A stretch of DNA of 64,000 nucleotides, taken from the NCBI RefSeq assembly GCF_009914755.1, contig NC_060934.1, one strand, 5' to 3'. The notes under the pieces are model-generated. The model saw only the letters and a list, made by a program, of their open reading frames with translations. It was not told where the DNA came from and did no database searches. The translations under genes were made by a program, and so were the position numbers. Source of the DNA: the human T2T-CHM13v2.0 reference genome, Homo sapiens. Below, in pieces: positions 48,410-64,000 of the stretch (position 1 is the stretch's first letter; each line of letters opens with the position of its first letter).

Positions 48410-50372
48410 TCAGGTATCAATAGTGGGTCATTAATGTGACAAAGGTACCATGCCAATGTGTGGTAAATGTATGGCTAAAGGTAACGTGTCATAACAAGGG
48501 AAACTGGGTGTGGGGTATGTGGGATCTCTTTGTCCTATCATCTCAATTATGCTGTAAATCCAAAACTATTCCAAAAAATATGCTTGAGCTACCTGTCATT
48601 AATCACCCCCTATCTGCTGCCAATAACTAACCCAAGGGTCGCTCAGAAAGTTGTCCTCCCGAAAATCTCCACTCCCCTTTCTTCCCACCCTTCTCCTTAC
48701 CTATTCTCCCTCTAGTACCTCCTATATTCCCCATTCTTTCCATATACCATCGCCCTTCCCAGATCTTTTCCTCCAACCCCCAGCTCCTCAAGGATGATAT
48801 TTGGCTCAATGCCAGAAGCATGATAAAGGGGGAACTTTGGGAACTAGAGCTGGTGTTTGCCCTGAGAGGACAGGGGAAGTGAGAGAAGAGGAAAAGAAGG
48901 GATGAGAAAGGGGGAAGCAAAGTGGGGTGATGAGGGAGGAGGATGGAAGAGGATGGAGCAGGAAAGGAGGGGCACTTCCCGACCAAGCTCAGGCACAGGG
49001 TCGAAAAGGGGCTGTGATTCAGGGGCGGCTGTCTGCCGGATAGGACCTGGAGGGTTGGAGGACTCAACCCTGGGGCGAAAGGGTGGGGACGCAGACATGG
49101 TTCCCTGCCCTTGGCCCTGCGTGGTCCTGGTGGAAGACAGCAGAGGGGCAGCTGGCAAGTGGGCATCTTAGCAAACCATTGAGGAGCTTCTGGCAGGCCA
49201 GGAAGCTGTTCTTTTTGAAGCCTTCGCACTGAGATGTATAGATCAGCATTTTAGGATGAATGTGCGCAATACCAGATTCTGGGCTTCACGCTGAGATTAA
49301 AAACAGGATATAAGACCAGTGGCCAGATTATTAGATTGGATTGCTGCCTTAAAAGGGGGTAGAGTGGGATGGGTACGTTAAATGTCAGAAAGTATTGGAT
49401 GGTTAACTTTTAAAAATATATATGTATTATTTAATTAGTTATAGAAGATGGTAGATAAACTTTTCCTCCTCATACCCTATCTCCCCTACAGCAGGGGAGG
49501 AAGTGAACTTTTAGCAAACAGCCCAAGAAATGACATTTAACTTGAAGGAAAAACTTTATAAATAAGGAAATAGTTACTGAGAGAGGTTTAGGAGTTTCTG
49601 TAGAAGCGATTAAAAGTTAAGTATCTAACCATTTCTTATAAAATTAGAGCCAGGGAGAGGAATCAAATATTTCTATGACTCTGTAATCACCTGTGAAACT
49701 GCTCTGGAAACCTTATTTGTAAGAAAAAGTCACAGCTGGGAGAGCAAAGGAGGAAGAAATTTGTCCCTTTTGATGGGAGAAAGAATCTGAGGATATTTCT
49801 TCCCCTCAAAGGATTATGGTCTAGGGTTCAGCCGAGATACATAAGGGGCATTTTAAAGAAAGAGGGTTGTTTCTGCCATTTGCAACCCTGCGTGTTATTT
49901 CCAGAAAATGCAATATCCCACTTATTTCTTGTCTTACATTGTCATATTTTCTTGGAGGCCATTAGCAGTGGGCTACACTTTTCTCTACATGTGACTGAAG
50001 TTTAGAGAGTAAACTTAACTTTGAATTGTGGATATGTAGATTGGAAAAATCTAAAGTATTTTCTAGACAAGTTAGATTTGGTGATCATGGCCCATTCATA
50101 TTTAATTTTTGTGCAGTATTTGCTAATACTGAATTCCCTGCCCACAAAATGTATTGGCCCTAATGTGAATTTCCTGCCTATGATATCAGTTACGTAAGTC
50201 AACCTCATGTGCATTAAGAAGGATAATATAGTACTCTCTGGCCAATGTTCCTTTCTAGAATTTCTTGGTTTCATAGATTCTTCATAAGGACAATTTACCT
50301 ATGTTGATTCATTAATTAGTTTCCCTGGAGTTAAGGGGAGCAATGAGAATATTGGAGATATTGGTTCTTTAG

Positions 50373-50730
<358 letters not shown>

Positions 50731-51383
50731 TGACATACAATAAAATGTTTTGGTTGAGATATTTGTCCTTGTAATTTATGCACTAAATATGTATGCCTGA
50801 GAAACTTGGCTATATGACAGCTAGGATAGTAATGCCATGGTTAACTGTGAATACACAAAGTTCTTGGTATTTTCAATAAGCTGGTAAAATATATACCAAA
50901 ATTCACTTTGAGAATATTTCTGGTAACAACATGCTAGTATACTCTGTATTTCAAAGTAGGTGACATGTGCCCGAGGCCTTTTTCTTTTCAGTGGAATGAG
51001 CTTTTACACATTCCTGATCAAGTCAAACTTTCTAATAATGCAAAATTCCACCTATAATCTTTACAAATGGCCAGCCAAATACTTTTTTGAAAATTTCCAA
51101 GGATTGGAAGCTAACTGCACTGTGACACAGCCTCTCCATGACTGGATAGCTGAACTGAAACGTGCTTTCCCATAATTCATTCTTGTTCTTGTAACAGAAT
51201 AGCTAATTCCTCTTTCACACGCCTGTTCCAGATTTTTAAAAACTAATATGCATTTTCTTCCATCTTCTTTTTTCAAAATGATAGTTCTCAACTTCTCCTG
51301 TAAATAATTTTTAGGACCCCTTCTAAGTCTGTTCAACTTTCTCTGAACAAATTTGTCAATTACTTTCATAAAATACAGTCTCC

Positions 51384-51737
<354 letters not shown>

Positions 51738-51927
51738 TCAGTGAGTCTTTAATCCTAACCTCCCTTGGTCTGATCAACTATCCTTCTATCAAATAATTAC
51801 TCTGGATAAAAATTCAGTTCAATGCTAACACTTAACTTTAGGTTTGAAATACTTTTGAAAAGGGCATTTATGCAACATGTTTAAATCAACCTGAGGAACC
51901 TTAAACAGCTATTTTTTGTGACCTTAA

Positions 51928-52536
<609 letters not shown>

Positions 52537-52696
52537 TGATGTGGGGCTAAAGATACCTCTGATTTCTGAGATCTCTTCTTAGAACTTCTGAAAAATTCCT
52601 GAAGAAATAGAAGGGGAAAGGAGCTATGACTTTGATCAGTTCTTTTTAATTTTGTCTGAATTCCATTCAAACAAAACATTAGAAAATGAAACATTG

Positions 52697-53001
52697 GGCC
52701 AGGCGCAGTGGCTCACGCCTGTAATCCCAGCACTTTGGGAGGCTGAGGCAGGTGGATCACAAGATCAGGAGTTTAAGACCAGCCTGGCCAATATGGTGAA
52801 ACCCTGTCTCTACTAGAAATACAAAAATTAGACAGGCGTGGTGGCAGGCAACTGTAACCCCAGCTACCCGGGAGGCTGAGGCAGGAGAATTGCTTGAACC
52901 CGGGAGGTGGACGTTGCGGTGAGGCGAAAATCGTGCCATTGCACTCCAGCCTGGGTGACAGAGTGAGACTCTGATTCAAAAAAAAAAAAAAAAGAAAAAA
53001 A
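52697..53001 (+). mobile_element. Alu (AluS)
   Basis: TSD agaaaatgaaaca. Confidence 0.93.
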
Positions 53002-53073
53002 GAAAATGAAACACTGATTTAGATTATCTAAATGGTGGATTTCCAACTTTTGAGTATGGAGAACCCCTTTTTA

Positions 53074-53085
53074 AGATAGATAGAT

Positions 53086-53136
<51 letters not shown>

Positions 53137-53147
53137 GATAGATAGAT
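53074..53147. repeat. Tetranucleotide STR (AGAT)3 GAT (AGAT)12 GAT (AGAT)2
   Basis: Counted directly from the sequence. Confidence 0.97.
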
Positions 53148-53552
53148 AATCAGACATCCATGTGATTGGATTGTGTTTAGTGTCCACTGATTTTTTTAAG
53201 TGATATACAATGGGAAGAAGCTACTTTATGTCAGTAATACTTTTAATTTCTGTGTTATTAATCCTGTCAATGTCTGTATTCATTTTTTAAATAGAACACT
53301 AGAAGAGTAGGACATAACACTTTCTTAGTCTATAGCTCTTGTATGGTGAGGTTTTGGATTTGCAGAAACTCTATGGCCACTCAAGGGCCTGTGGATCTGA
53401 AGTTGGGAATCATTGATCTAGATGACAGAAGATGCCCTAGATTGTTGTTTTCCATTGGTTTATATAAACCCTGAACAATGAGGATTCCCTTGATGGTGGC
53501 TGGAAACTCATCCCCCAGGCTGCACTTATGAGGCTCTCTCAAGAAGAGGGTC

Positions 53553-54038
<486 letters not shown>

Positions 54039-54054
54039 TAGGGACAGCAGAGAA

Positions 54055-54629
54055 TTGTGCCCTCCACTAGGGTAGCCACAGATGGCCATGGTGCACTTGA
54101 AATGTGGCTAGTGTGACTGAAAAACTGAATTTTAATTTTATTTTAATTTTAAAAGTGATGTTTGGCTACACACGGTGGCTCGCACCTGTAATCCCAGCAC
54201 TTTGGGAGGCTGAGGCTGACAGATGGCTTGAGCCCAGGAGTTTGAGACCACCCTGGGCAACAAAGAAAAAACTCATCTCTACAAAAAATATGAAAATTAT
54301 GTGGGTATGATGGCAGGTACCCATAGTCTCAGCTCCTCAGGAGGCTGAGGTGGGAGGATCACTTGAACTTGGGAGTTCAAGGTTACAGTGAGCCATGGTT
54401 ACACCACTGCTCTCTAGCTTGGGTGAAAGAACGAGACTCTGTTTCTAAAAATAATAATAATATCTTTAATATTGGTTATATATCAAAGTGAAAATATTTT
54501 GCATATAATTGGGTTATATAAAATATATTATTAAAATTAATTTCGCCAGTTTATTTTTAAAAAATTTTAATATGACTACTAAAAAATTTTAAATATGTAA
54601 TTTGCTTTATATTTCTGTTGAACAGCACT
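54055..54629. mobile_element. MER33-like hAT element containing a sense AluJ (54164-54460)
   Basis: gcacttgaaatgtggctagtgtgactga...atatttctgttgaacagcactg. Confidence 0.75.
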
Positions 54630-54982
54630 GGTCTGGTCTAGAATTATCTAAGGACTTACTCCTCTAGCTTCACTGATACAATTTTGGTTGTTCTGAGTAG
54701 CAAGAAAGATGAGTCAGATTGTCTGTAGGAAATCCAGAGTTCTTGAATTTTATATTATGTTGTCTATAACTAGAAGAGAACAGAGATGAAAACCCCAAGA
54801 TTGAATATTATTTCTCTTTCTCTTTAATGTTATGAAGCTTTTTGGATTCAGACTCAAATAGATTTAAAACAAGTCTAGAGAGAAAGGGGAAGATTGCCCT
54901 ACCCTGGTCCCCCAAGAAGAACAGTAACAGGTCAGGATTGAGGTAGGAGATTAAGGTGAAAGGAGCATAAAAGGCTTATTGG

Positions 54983-55445
54983 TTTTTGTTTGTTTGTTTG
55001 TTTGTTTTTGAGACAGGATCTTGCTCTGTCGCCCAGGCTGGAGTGCAGTGGTGTGATCTCAGCTCATTGCAGCTTCGACATCCTGGGCCCAAGTAGCTTC
55101 TTGTTTTAGAAAAGCTTTTGCTCTTCAGTCTCCTAAATGAGCCAGGGGCAATGGCTCATGCCTGTAATCCCAGCGCTTTGAGAGGACGAAGCAAGAGGAT
55201 TGCTTGAGGCCGAGTTTAAGACTAGCTTGGGCAACATAGTGAGACCCCATCTCTATAAAATAAAAATAAATTAGCCAGACATGGTGGCAGCCTTCCAAAG
55301 TAGCTGTAGTCTCAGCTGAGGTAGGTGGATTGCCTGAGCCCAGGAATTTAAGGCTGCCATCAGCTCTGATTGTGTCACTGCACTCCAGCCAGGGCGAAAG
55401 AGCAAGACCCTGTCTCTGAAAAACAAAACAAAACAAAACAAAACA
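54983..55445. mobile_element. Antisense Alu fragment (54983-55097) plus sense AluJ (55141-55445)
   Basis: Alu motifs in opposite orientations. Confidence 0.88.
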
Positions 55446-55905
55446 TAAATACTTCAATAAATAAAGCCTCCTAAATGAACCCCACTGACCATCCTGTGAA
55501 GCATGTTTCGGCTCTGCCATAGGCGTTGTTAGGGATCTCGTGTGATTGATTTTGAGTATGTGATTTAATGCTAAATGCCTTGGGGTAGGGGCAATAGTGG
55601 TTCCTGAAGTCTCTGCCCACCCTCATGTATTTCTGTTCAAAAATATTTGGCTTTATTTTAAGCCAGGAGTTGTTCATGCATTTCTTTGCTTTTGTTTTAA
55701 TATAACTTTTGAAGAGGTAATACGTTTAAATGGTTCCCAAATTAAACAACATGAAAAAGTATACAGCAAACTGTCCAGCTCTCAGTCACCCTCTTGCCCC
55801 ATTTCCCTCTTCCCCAACTCCATCCCAAGGAAACGGCTGTATTATTTTCTTATATGTGCTTCCAGGGTTTCTACAGTCAGATTTAAAAATGTAAATATAT
55901 ATATG

Positions 55906-56271
55906 TGTATTAGTCTGTTCTCATGCTGCTAGTAAAGGCATACCCAAGCCTGGATTTATAAAGGAAATTTATAAAGGAAAGAAGTGTAATTGACTCACCC
56001 TTCCACATTGCTGAGGAGGCCTCACAATCATGGCAGAAGATGAATGAGAAGCAAAGTCACATCTTACATGGCAGCAGGCAAGAGAGCATGTGTAGGGGAA
56101 CTCCCATTTATAAAACCATTGGATTTCGTGAGACTTACTTACTACCAAGAGAACAGTGTGGGGGAAATTGCACCCATGATTCAATTATCTCCACCTGGCC
56201 CCACCCTTTACACATGGGGACTATTACAATTCAAGGTGAGATTTGGGTGCAGACACAGCCAAATCATATCA
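55906..56271 (-). mobile_element. THE1-family MaLR solo LTR
   Basis: tgtattagtctgttctcatgctgcta...acacagccaaatcatatca; perfect 5-bp TSD ATATG. Confidence 0.9.
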
Positions 56272-56593
56272 ATATGTTTACTTATTGGCCATTTTTAAAC
56301 ATCAAAGGTAGCATATCATTCACATCTCTTCCTTAATTTATCTTAGACAATCTTTTTCTATCAAAGCCCCAAGTTCCTATGTGGGGTCTGTGGGACTTCA
56401 GGGAGATGGTGAATCCTCTGAAATTGTAGACAGTGTTTTGTGTTTGTAAGCATGTGTCAATTTTCCTTTAGTTTTTATTTAAATGTAATAATTTTAATTA
56501 TTTTAAATTATATAATTTGTTCAGGCAGCATACAAGAAAATAATATAACAGACACTCATGTACCTAGATTTAACTAGAGTTAAGTTTTGCTTC

Positions 56594-56936
<343 letters not shown>

Positions 56937-57278
56937 TAAATACAGTAAAGCCATCCCACCCCATCCTGCTTTCTTCTCTCAGCCTCCAGGGGTAATCATT
57001 GTTTTGAAATTAACATGTGTTCTTCTCATCCCATTTTAATGCTTTTATTATTTATGTATGTACCCATAACAATAGATAGCATTGTTTTGTGTGTTCTTAG
57101 AATTAACATAAAAATGATACCTTACCCAATGTGTGAGATTTTCTCTAGCAGGTACCCATAAGAATGGAACTGCTGGGGCATAGAGTATCTTCACTGGCTA
57201 TAACAATAAACCCCAAATAATGATGGGTTAAATAAGTAGAAGTTTATTTCTCTCTCATATTAAAAAAAAAATCAGTCC

Positions 57279-57742
57279 TAAGGGAGGAGACCACCCCTCA
57301 TATTGTCTTATGCCTAATTTCTGCCTCCAAAAAAAGAAGAAGTAAGAACTAAAAGACAGAAATGAAATCCACAGGCAGACAGCCCGGCGCCACACCCTGG
57401 GCCTGGTAGTTAAAGATCGACCCCTGACCTAACCGGTTATGTTATCTATAGATTACAGACATTGTATGGAAAAGCACTGTGAAAATCCCTGTCCTGTTCT
57501 GTTCTGTTCTGATTACCGGTGCCTGCAGCCCCCAGTCACGTACGCCCCTGCTTGCTCAATCGATCATGACCCTCTCACGCAGACCCCCTTAGAGTTGTAA
57601 GCCCTTAAGAGGGACAGGAATTGCTCACTTGGGGACCTCAGTTGTTGGAGACCTGAGTCTTGCCGGAGCTCCCGGCCGAATAAAGCCCTTCCTTCTTTAA
57701 CTCGCTGTCTGAGGGGTTTTGTCTGCGGCTTGTCCTGCTACA
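57279..57742 (+). mobile_element. LTR2 (HERV-E) solo LTR
   Basis: Begins taagggaggagaccacccctcatattgtcttatgcc and ends gtcctgctaca; 464 bp; perfect 4-bp TSD GTCC; AATAAA 57679-84. Confidence 0.9.
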
Positions 57743-58196
57743 GTCCAAGATAAGCAGTCCAGGCTTGGAATAGAGGCTTCTAAGTGACCTACCCAAGCAC
57801 GGATGTCACCATGTCTACATCCAGGAAGGCTGTGGGCCTCTAACCATCTACTTTCCAGGCAGTATAATGAGGAAAGGGAAAGAAGGAGCCCTGATAAAGA
57901 TTCTTAATATTATCAACATTTTGCATTTCTACAAGTTCTGTTTGTTTGTTTTCAGTTCTGCCTTGTCTTTTTACACACTTCTTTTATTTTGCTTATTATC
58001 CTTTCTTTTATCTTTTTACTAATTCTTTAAATACTTGTATTATGGATTTTTCTGGATAATTCTGTTATCTCCAGTTCAAAGCCTCTAATTATCACGATAA
58101 TGCTCTCTCACAGTGGATCATCCCTCATGTAAGTGTCTTGTGGCAGACCATCTTCTGTTGTAGTTTTTTCTGTAGGACACCACTCGTGTCATCTGG

Positions 58197-58937
<741 letters not shown>

Positions 58938-59948
58938 TCAAATGCTCCTGTCAGCATCACAGATGCTTTATCAGACCTAGGCCAAATTTTCCATCAATTT
59001 CTCAGCTTCAAGTTTCCCCATACCATGTGGGAAGTGTAAAACCGTACTTCAGCCATGGCAGAGCCCTGGCTTGGGGCTTCCATTGCTTGTGAAGGCTTTT
59101 CTTTCTCCTAGAGCCTTGGGCAGAGTTTCCTTATTGCTTCCCTGGGCCACTGGGCAAAGTTCTCCCCATCTCATTGAGGGGATACATCTTCTGGGGTCCT
59201 AGACTTAAGCAGGGTTTCAGTCACAGCTTATCTCCTCTCCTGGGGCCAAGGTCATGCCTCCTGTCATCGCATGGGTGTTTAACCCCAGTCCTTGGTTTAT
59301 GTCCTATCTAGGCCTGTTATTCCTGAGGACTATGACAAATTTAGCTCCCAAGCTTCCTTTTCCTTGTTTGTAGAAAGAAAAGCATAGACATTTGCTGCCA
59401 ACTGTGCATTTTTTTACAAGAGTCCATACCTTTCATCAGATTCTTAAAAAGGTTAGCAATCATTGCTTAAGTACAGAGTGAGAATATACTAATTTAAAAA
59501 ACAGATTTTGAGGGTAATAGTTCATGTTACAAAAGAAAATTGCCTTACAAAATATTTTATCAGCTATTTCCTTCTGTAATGGAAGCTCCTTTCATGACTT
59601 AAAACAATTTACTTTATAAGTTTGTATTTATTTAGCAACTTCTCAGGAACTCATTAAAGAAAGTGAAATTCACCAATACAAATAGGTAGGTGTACCCACG
59701 ACTCAAAAGGAACTTCATTTTCCCATTGTTTTTCCCTGAAGAGAAGGTAATTGGCAAGCAATTAGGTACCTTCCACTCAGCAAAGGGCAGATGAACCAAT
59801 AACGTGGTTGAGGAGATCAGGTGGATGGGAGTGATGATACTGGATCAGAGGGGGAGCTGGATGGTGGAAGGTGCATCAACAGGATCTGAAAAGATGTGGA
59901 AATTCTGCCCGGGGGGTTGGGAAAAGGCTGAATCACTCAGCAGTATAG

Positions 59949-60293
<345 letters not shown>

Positions 60294-60362
60294 TAACAGG
60301 AGGGAATTTTGCAAGAGGCAGAAAGCCACATTTTTATGTGAGAAATAAAAATAGGGTGTTCT

Positions 60363-60658
60363 GGCCAGGTGCAGTGGTTCATGCCTGAAATCACAGCACT
60401 TTGGGAGGCTGAAGTGGGAGGATCACTTGAGGCCAGGAGTTTAAGACCAGCCTGGGCAACATAGTAAGACACTACCTCTACAGAAAATTAAAAAATAAAA
60501 ATTAGTTGGGTATGGTAGTGCATGCTTGTAGTCCCAGCCACTCAGAAGGCTGAGGCAGTAGGATTACTTGAGCCCAAGAGTTTGAGGCTGCATTAAGCTA
60601 TGATTGCGCCACTGCACTCCAGCCTGGGCAACAGAGAGAAAATATCTCAAAAAAAAAA
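60363..60658 (+). mobile_element. Alu (AluJ)
   Basis: Full dimer, followed by MER5-like fragments to about 61045. Confidence 0.92.
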
Positions 60659-61338
60659 GGAGGGTGGATATTTGGTATTTCTCAAACTTTAATGTGCCCA
60701 CGAATCACTTAGGATCTTGTCAAAATGCAGATTCTGATTTAGTAGGTCTGAGATCAGGTCAAGATATTGCATTTTTAAACAAGTTCTAGGAGTCAGCTAT
60801 GCTGCTGGTCCAAGGAGCACACCTGGACTGGCCAGGTAATAGAGGCAGTAGCATAACCACTGGCCGACAGCTGTGTTTCCCAAACTTCCCTGCTGCTGAG
60901 AAGCACCTGGGGCTTTTACGCTTAGCCCCTCCCAGACCCTCTCCTGGAGCCTTGGCTTCAGAGGAGCTAAGATGGGGACTTCGAGTTTGTGTTTTTAACA
61001 AGTTCCACGGGTGATTTTTATCATCTTGGAAGTTTGAGAAACTGGTTTACATGAAACCATTTCCTCTCCTCCCCATATGCTTTGTGTTTATGGGAGAGGA
61101 ATACAGTTTGGGGGGATAAATAAAATAATCTATTTTATTTTACTTTTAGATCTATTTTTAATAGCAGACATTTTATAGGACTTTATACATTTATATAACT
61201 AATAAAAAAGAATTCATAATATATATCAAATATTTGAAATGGAAATTGCCTACCATTATTATATGAAACTTAGATAATATCCCTTCTCTAAGGCACATTT
61301 ACCCTTGCAAATTATCACAACTAAAATTCCATCACTTC

Positions 61339-61629
<291 letters not shown>

Positions 61630-62317
61630 TCCCATCACTTCTACTTTAATAAGTCAGAGTTCTCATGACACCCTGCAGATTATATGGAGAGATAAATGGT
61701 GTAATTGTTATTATTTACAGAGGACATATATTTGTTCCTTAGGATAATTAAATTTGTGGAATAATAGAGCTGTGGTACTGGTTACAAAAGTTCACTTTAT
61801 TCTAGCAATATTCAAAATAATAAAAATACTACCCCAAAAGGAAAAATTATGGCTACTGTCCATATTTTATTTCATGCAACAAACTTTGCATTATTAACTG
61901 AGAGACCATTAACCAGAATATTAAATTACTGTTCCTTATAATAAGTCTAAATGTATTTTAAACTTTATTGAATAGGCGTAGTATCCAGAGTCCTCCTTAA
62001 ATCTTAATTATTTTATGTAATAATCTTTGTATATTTGAATATTAATAAAATGTTCCATAAAAACATTTGTAATTATTTATGAGTACTTTATTGGAAAGAT
62101 TGCAGTTAATCCTCCCTTATATAATCTTAAAAACTAATAACCATAACTGAAAAAATATTTTAGCAGAAGATGAAAATTAAGTGTGAGTTATACTTTAGGA
62201 TTAATATTCCTGTTTATAACCCTTAAGTTTTATTGATAGTCCAAACATATATGTTTCTTTAGCTAAGCTATTTGATAATTATATGTTCTTTTTTTTTAAA
62301 AAAAAGGCCCTTTTTAA

Positions 62318-62920
62318 TTTTTTTTTTTTTAGATTCAGGGGCTACATGCACGGGTTTGTTACATGGATATATTGCTTAATGCTGGGTTTGGGTTTCTATT
62401 GAGCCCATCACCCAGATGGTGAATGTAGTACCCAATAGGTAGTTTTTCAATCCTCACCCTGCTCCCTCCTCCTACCTTTTGGAGTTCCCAGTGTCTTTTT
62501 TTTTTTTTTTTTTTTGAGATAAGGTCTCACTCTGTCACCCAGGCTAGAGTACAGTGGTACCATCTTGGCTCACTGTAGCTTCCACCTGCCTGGGCTAAGG
62601 TGATCCTCCCACCTCAGCCTCTCAAGAAGCTGGGACTACAGGCGTGCACCACCACACCAAGCTAGTTTTTGTATTTTTATAGAAACAGGGTTTCACCATG
62701 TTGGCCAGGCTGGTCTCGAACTCCTGAGCTCAAGCAACCCACCTGCCTCGGTTTCCCAAAGTGCTGGGGTTACAGGTGTGAGCCACTGTGCCAGGCTCCC
62801 TGTGTCTCTTTTTATATAGTTTGTATTTGTCCCATCTTTATGTCTGTGTGTACCCATTGTTTAGCTCTCACTTACAAGTGAGAACATGCAGTATTTTTCT
62901 GTTCCTGCATTAATTCAGCT
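62318..62920 (-). mobile_element. L1 3' end fragment containing an antisense Alu (62496-62796)
   Basis: gtacccaataggtagtttttcaatcctc and cacttacaagtgagaacatgcagtattt. Confidence 0.82.
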
Positions 62921-62982
62921 CTTGTTAGTTTTTAAGTAATTTTTATTGTTTTGTTTTACTTATTTTGTATTTATTATTATTA

Positions 62983-63323
62983 ATTTTTTTTTTGAGACAG
63001 AGTCTCACTTTGTCACCCAAGCTACAGTGTGGTGGGGCAATCTCAGCTCACAGCAACCTCTGCCTCCCAGGTCAAGCGATTCTCCTGCCTCAACCTCCCC
63101 AGTAGCTGGGATTATAGGCAACTGCCACCATGCCCTGCTAATTTTTTTTGTATTTTTAGTAGAGATGGGGTTTCACCATGTTAGCCAGGATGGTCTCGAT
63201 CTCCTGACCTCGTGTTCTTTCACCATGTTGGCCAGGCTGTTTTGAACTCCTGACCTCACACGATCCACCTGCCTTGGCCTCCCAAAGGGCTGGGATTATA
63301 GGTGTGAGCTACCGCGCCTGACC
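62983..63323 (-). mobile_element. Alu with a duplicated, mixed-subfamily left-arm segment
   Basis: caccatgtt...cctgacctc occurs twice. Confidence 0.9.
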
Positions 63324-63751
63324 TGTTTTGTTTTATCATAAAAGTGTAGAAGAAAATATAGAGGAGCAAGAGAAAATAATTTAAATGACCCACAATCCAT
63401 TTGCCAGATATATCCATTCTAAACATTTTGGTATATCTTCCTGAGAGACTTAAATATTTTAAGCTAATTTAAATTTTCAGTTTATTTTGTATTTTGTATT
63501 TTTAGACCTGGAAATATCCTGAATGAACATTTAGTGCAACCTCTTCATTTTACAGATATTGAAATTGTGACTCAGAGAAATAAAATGACTTAAGGAAGGT
63601 AACTTTTAAGGAAAAAAAGTGCTATTAATGTTCATTTTAACATCTTATAGCATATTTTTGTGCTTTCTTCTATAGTATTATATATAATCTTCAGCCATTT
63701 CAAAAGCCTCTAGGTGTGCTTTTATCCTTTAAAAATACACAGATGTATAAT

Positions 63752-63899
63752 GGCCAGGTGCGGTGGCTCACGCCTGTAATCCCAACACTTTGGGAGGCCG
63801 AGGCGGGTAGATCACAAGGTCAGGAGATCGAGACCATCCTGGCTAACACAGTGAAATCCTGTCTCTACTAAAAATACAAAAACAAAAAACAAAAAAAAA
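63752..63899 (+). mobile_element. AluY-like left monomer only
   Basis: Ends at the middle A-rich linker; TSD acagatgtataa. Confidence 0.88.
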
Positions 63900-64000
63900 T
63901 ACAGATGTATAAACTGGTATTAATCTCTTAAGTGTTGCAAAGAGTAATTCATTGCCATATTTTTCTCTACATACATTTCACAAAAACTAATTCATGTTCC

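Noticed and set aside
49138-49155. CTCF-like ACAGCAGAGGGGCAGC
   Set aside because: It has an extra G and a mismatched 5' end relative to the core consensus, and cannot be called without ChIP data.
48627-49229. 200-aa minus-strand Pro/Ser/Leu-rich ORF
   Set aside because: The openness is explained by GC-rich, purine/pyrimidine-skewed composition. It has a non-ATG start and no recognisable domain.

Overview
Primate genomic DNA, recognisably the human 10q22.1 MCU-OIT3 locus, with both genes on the + strand. The window starts inside an MCU intron. It holds the last six coding exons of MCU (mitochondrial calcium uniporter; exons 3-8, residues about 74-351, including the WDIMEP selectivity filter) and a 3' UTR of about 1.9 kb ending near 41075. 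After about 6 kb of intergenic DNA come the promoter and first four exons of OIT3 (LZP): signal peptide, UMOD/GP2-type D8C domain, EGF and Ca-binding EGF. All splice sites are GT-AG and the frames join cleanly. The rest is dense repeat: about 45 Alus, old L1/L2, Tigger and hAT DNA transposons, several solo LTRs (LTR8, MER39-like, MER11, LTR19-like, LTR2, THE1, MST, MLT1) and an (AGAT)n STR. Nearly all ORF-track entries are Alu or L1 artefacts. I see no wholly new gene or system. The best leads are regulatory or isoform hypotheses: (1) an intronic-polyadenylated, ZP-less 288-aa OIT3; (2) a GATA-rich MER11 LTR in MCU intron 6 that could act on the liver gene OIT3; (3) the exon 3+4 N-terminal-domain cassette, able to form a stop-free circle; (4) a weak-acceptor, re-spliceable pore exon; (5) an LTR2 carrying a hypoxia response element in OIT3 intron 3. 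Gene identities, exon numbers and repeat subfamily names come from recall, not from a search. Repeat edges are approximate unless a target-site duplication (TSD) is quoted.
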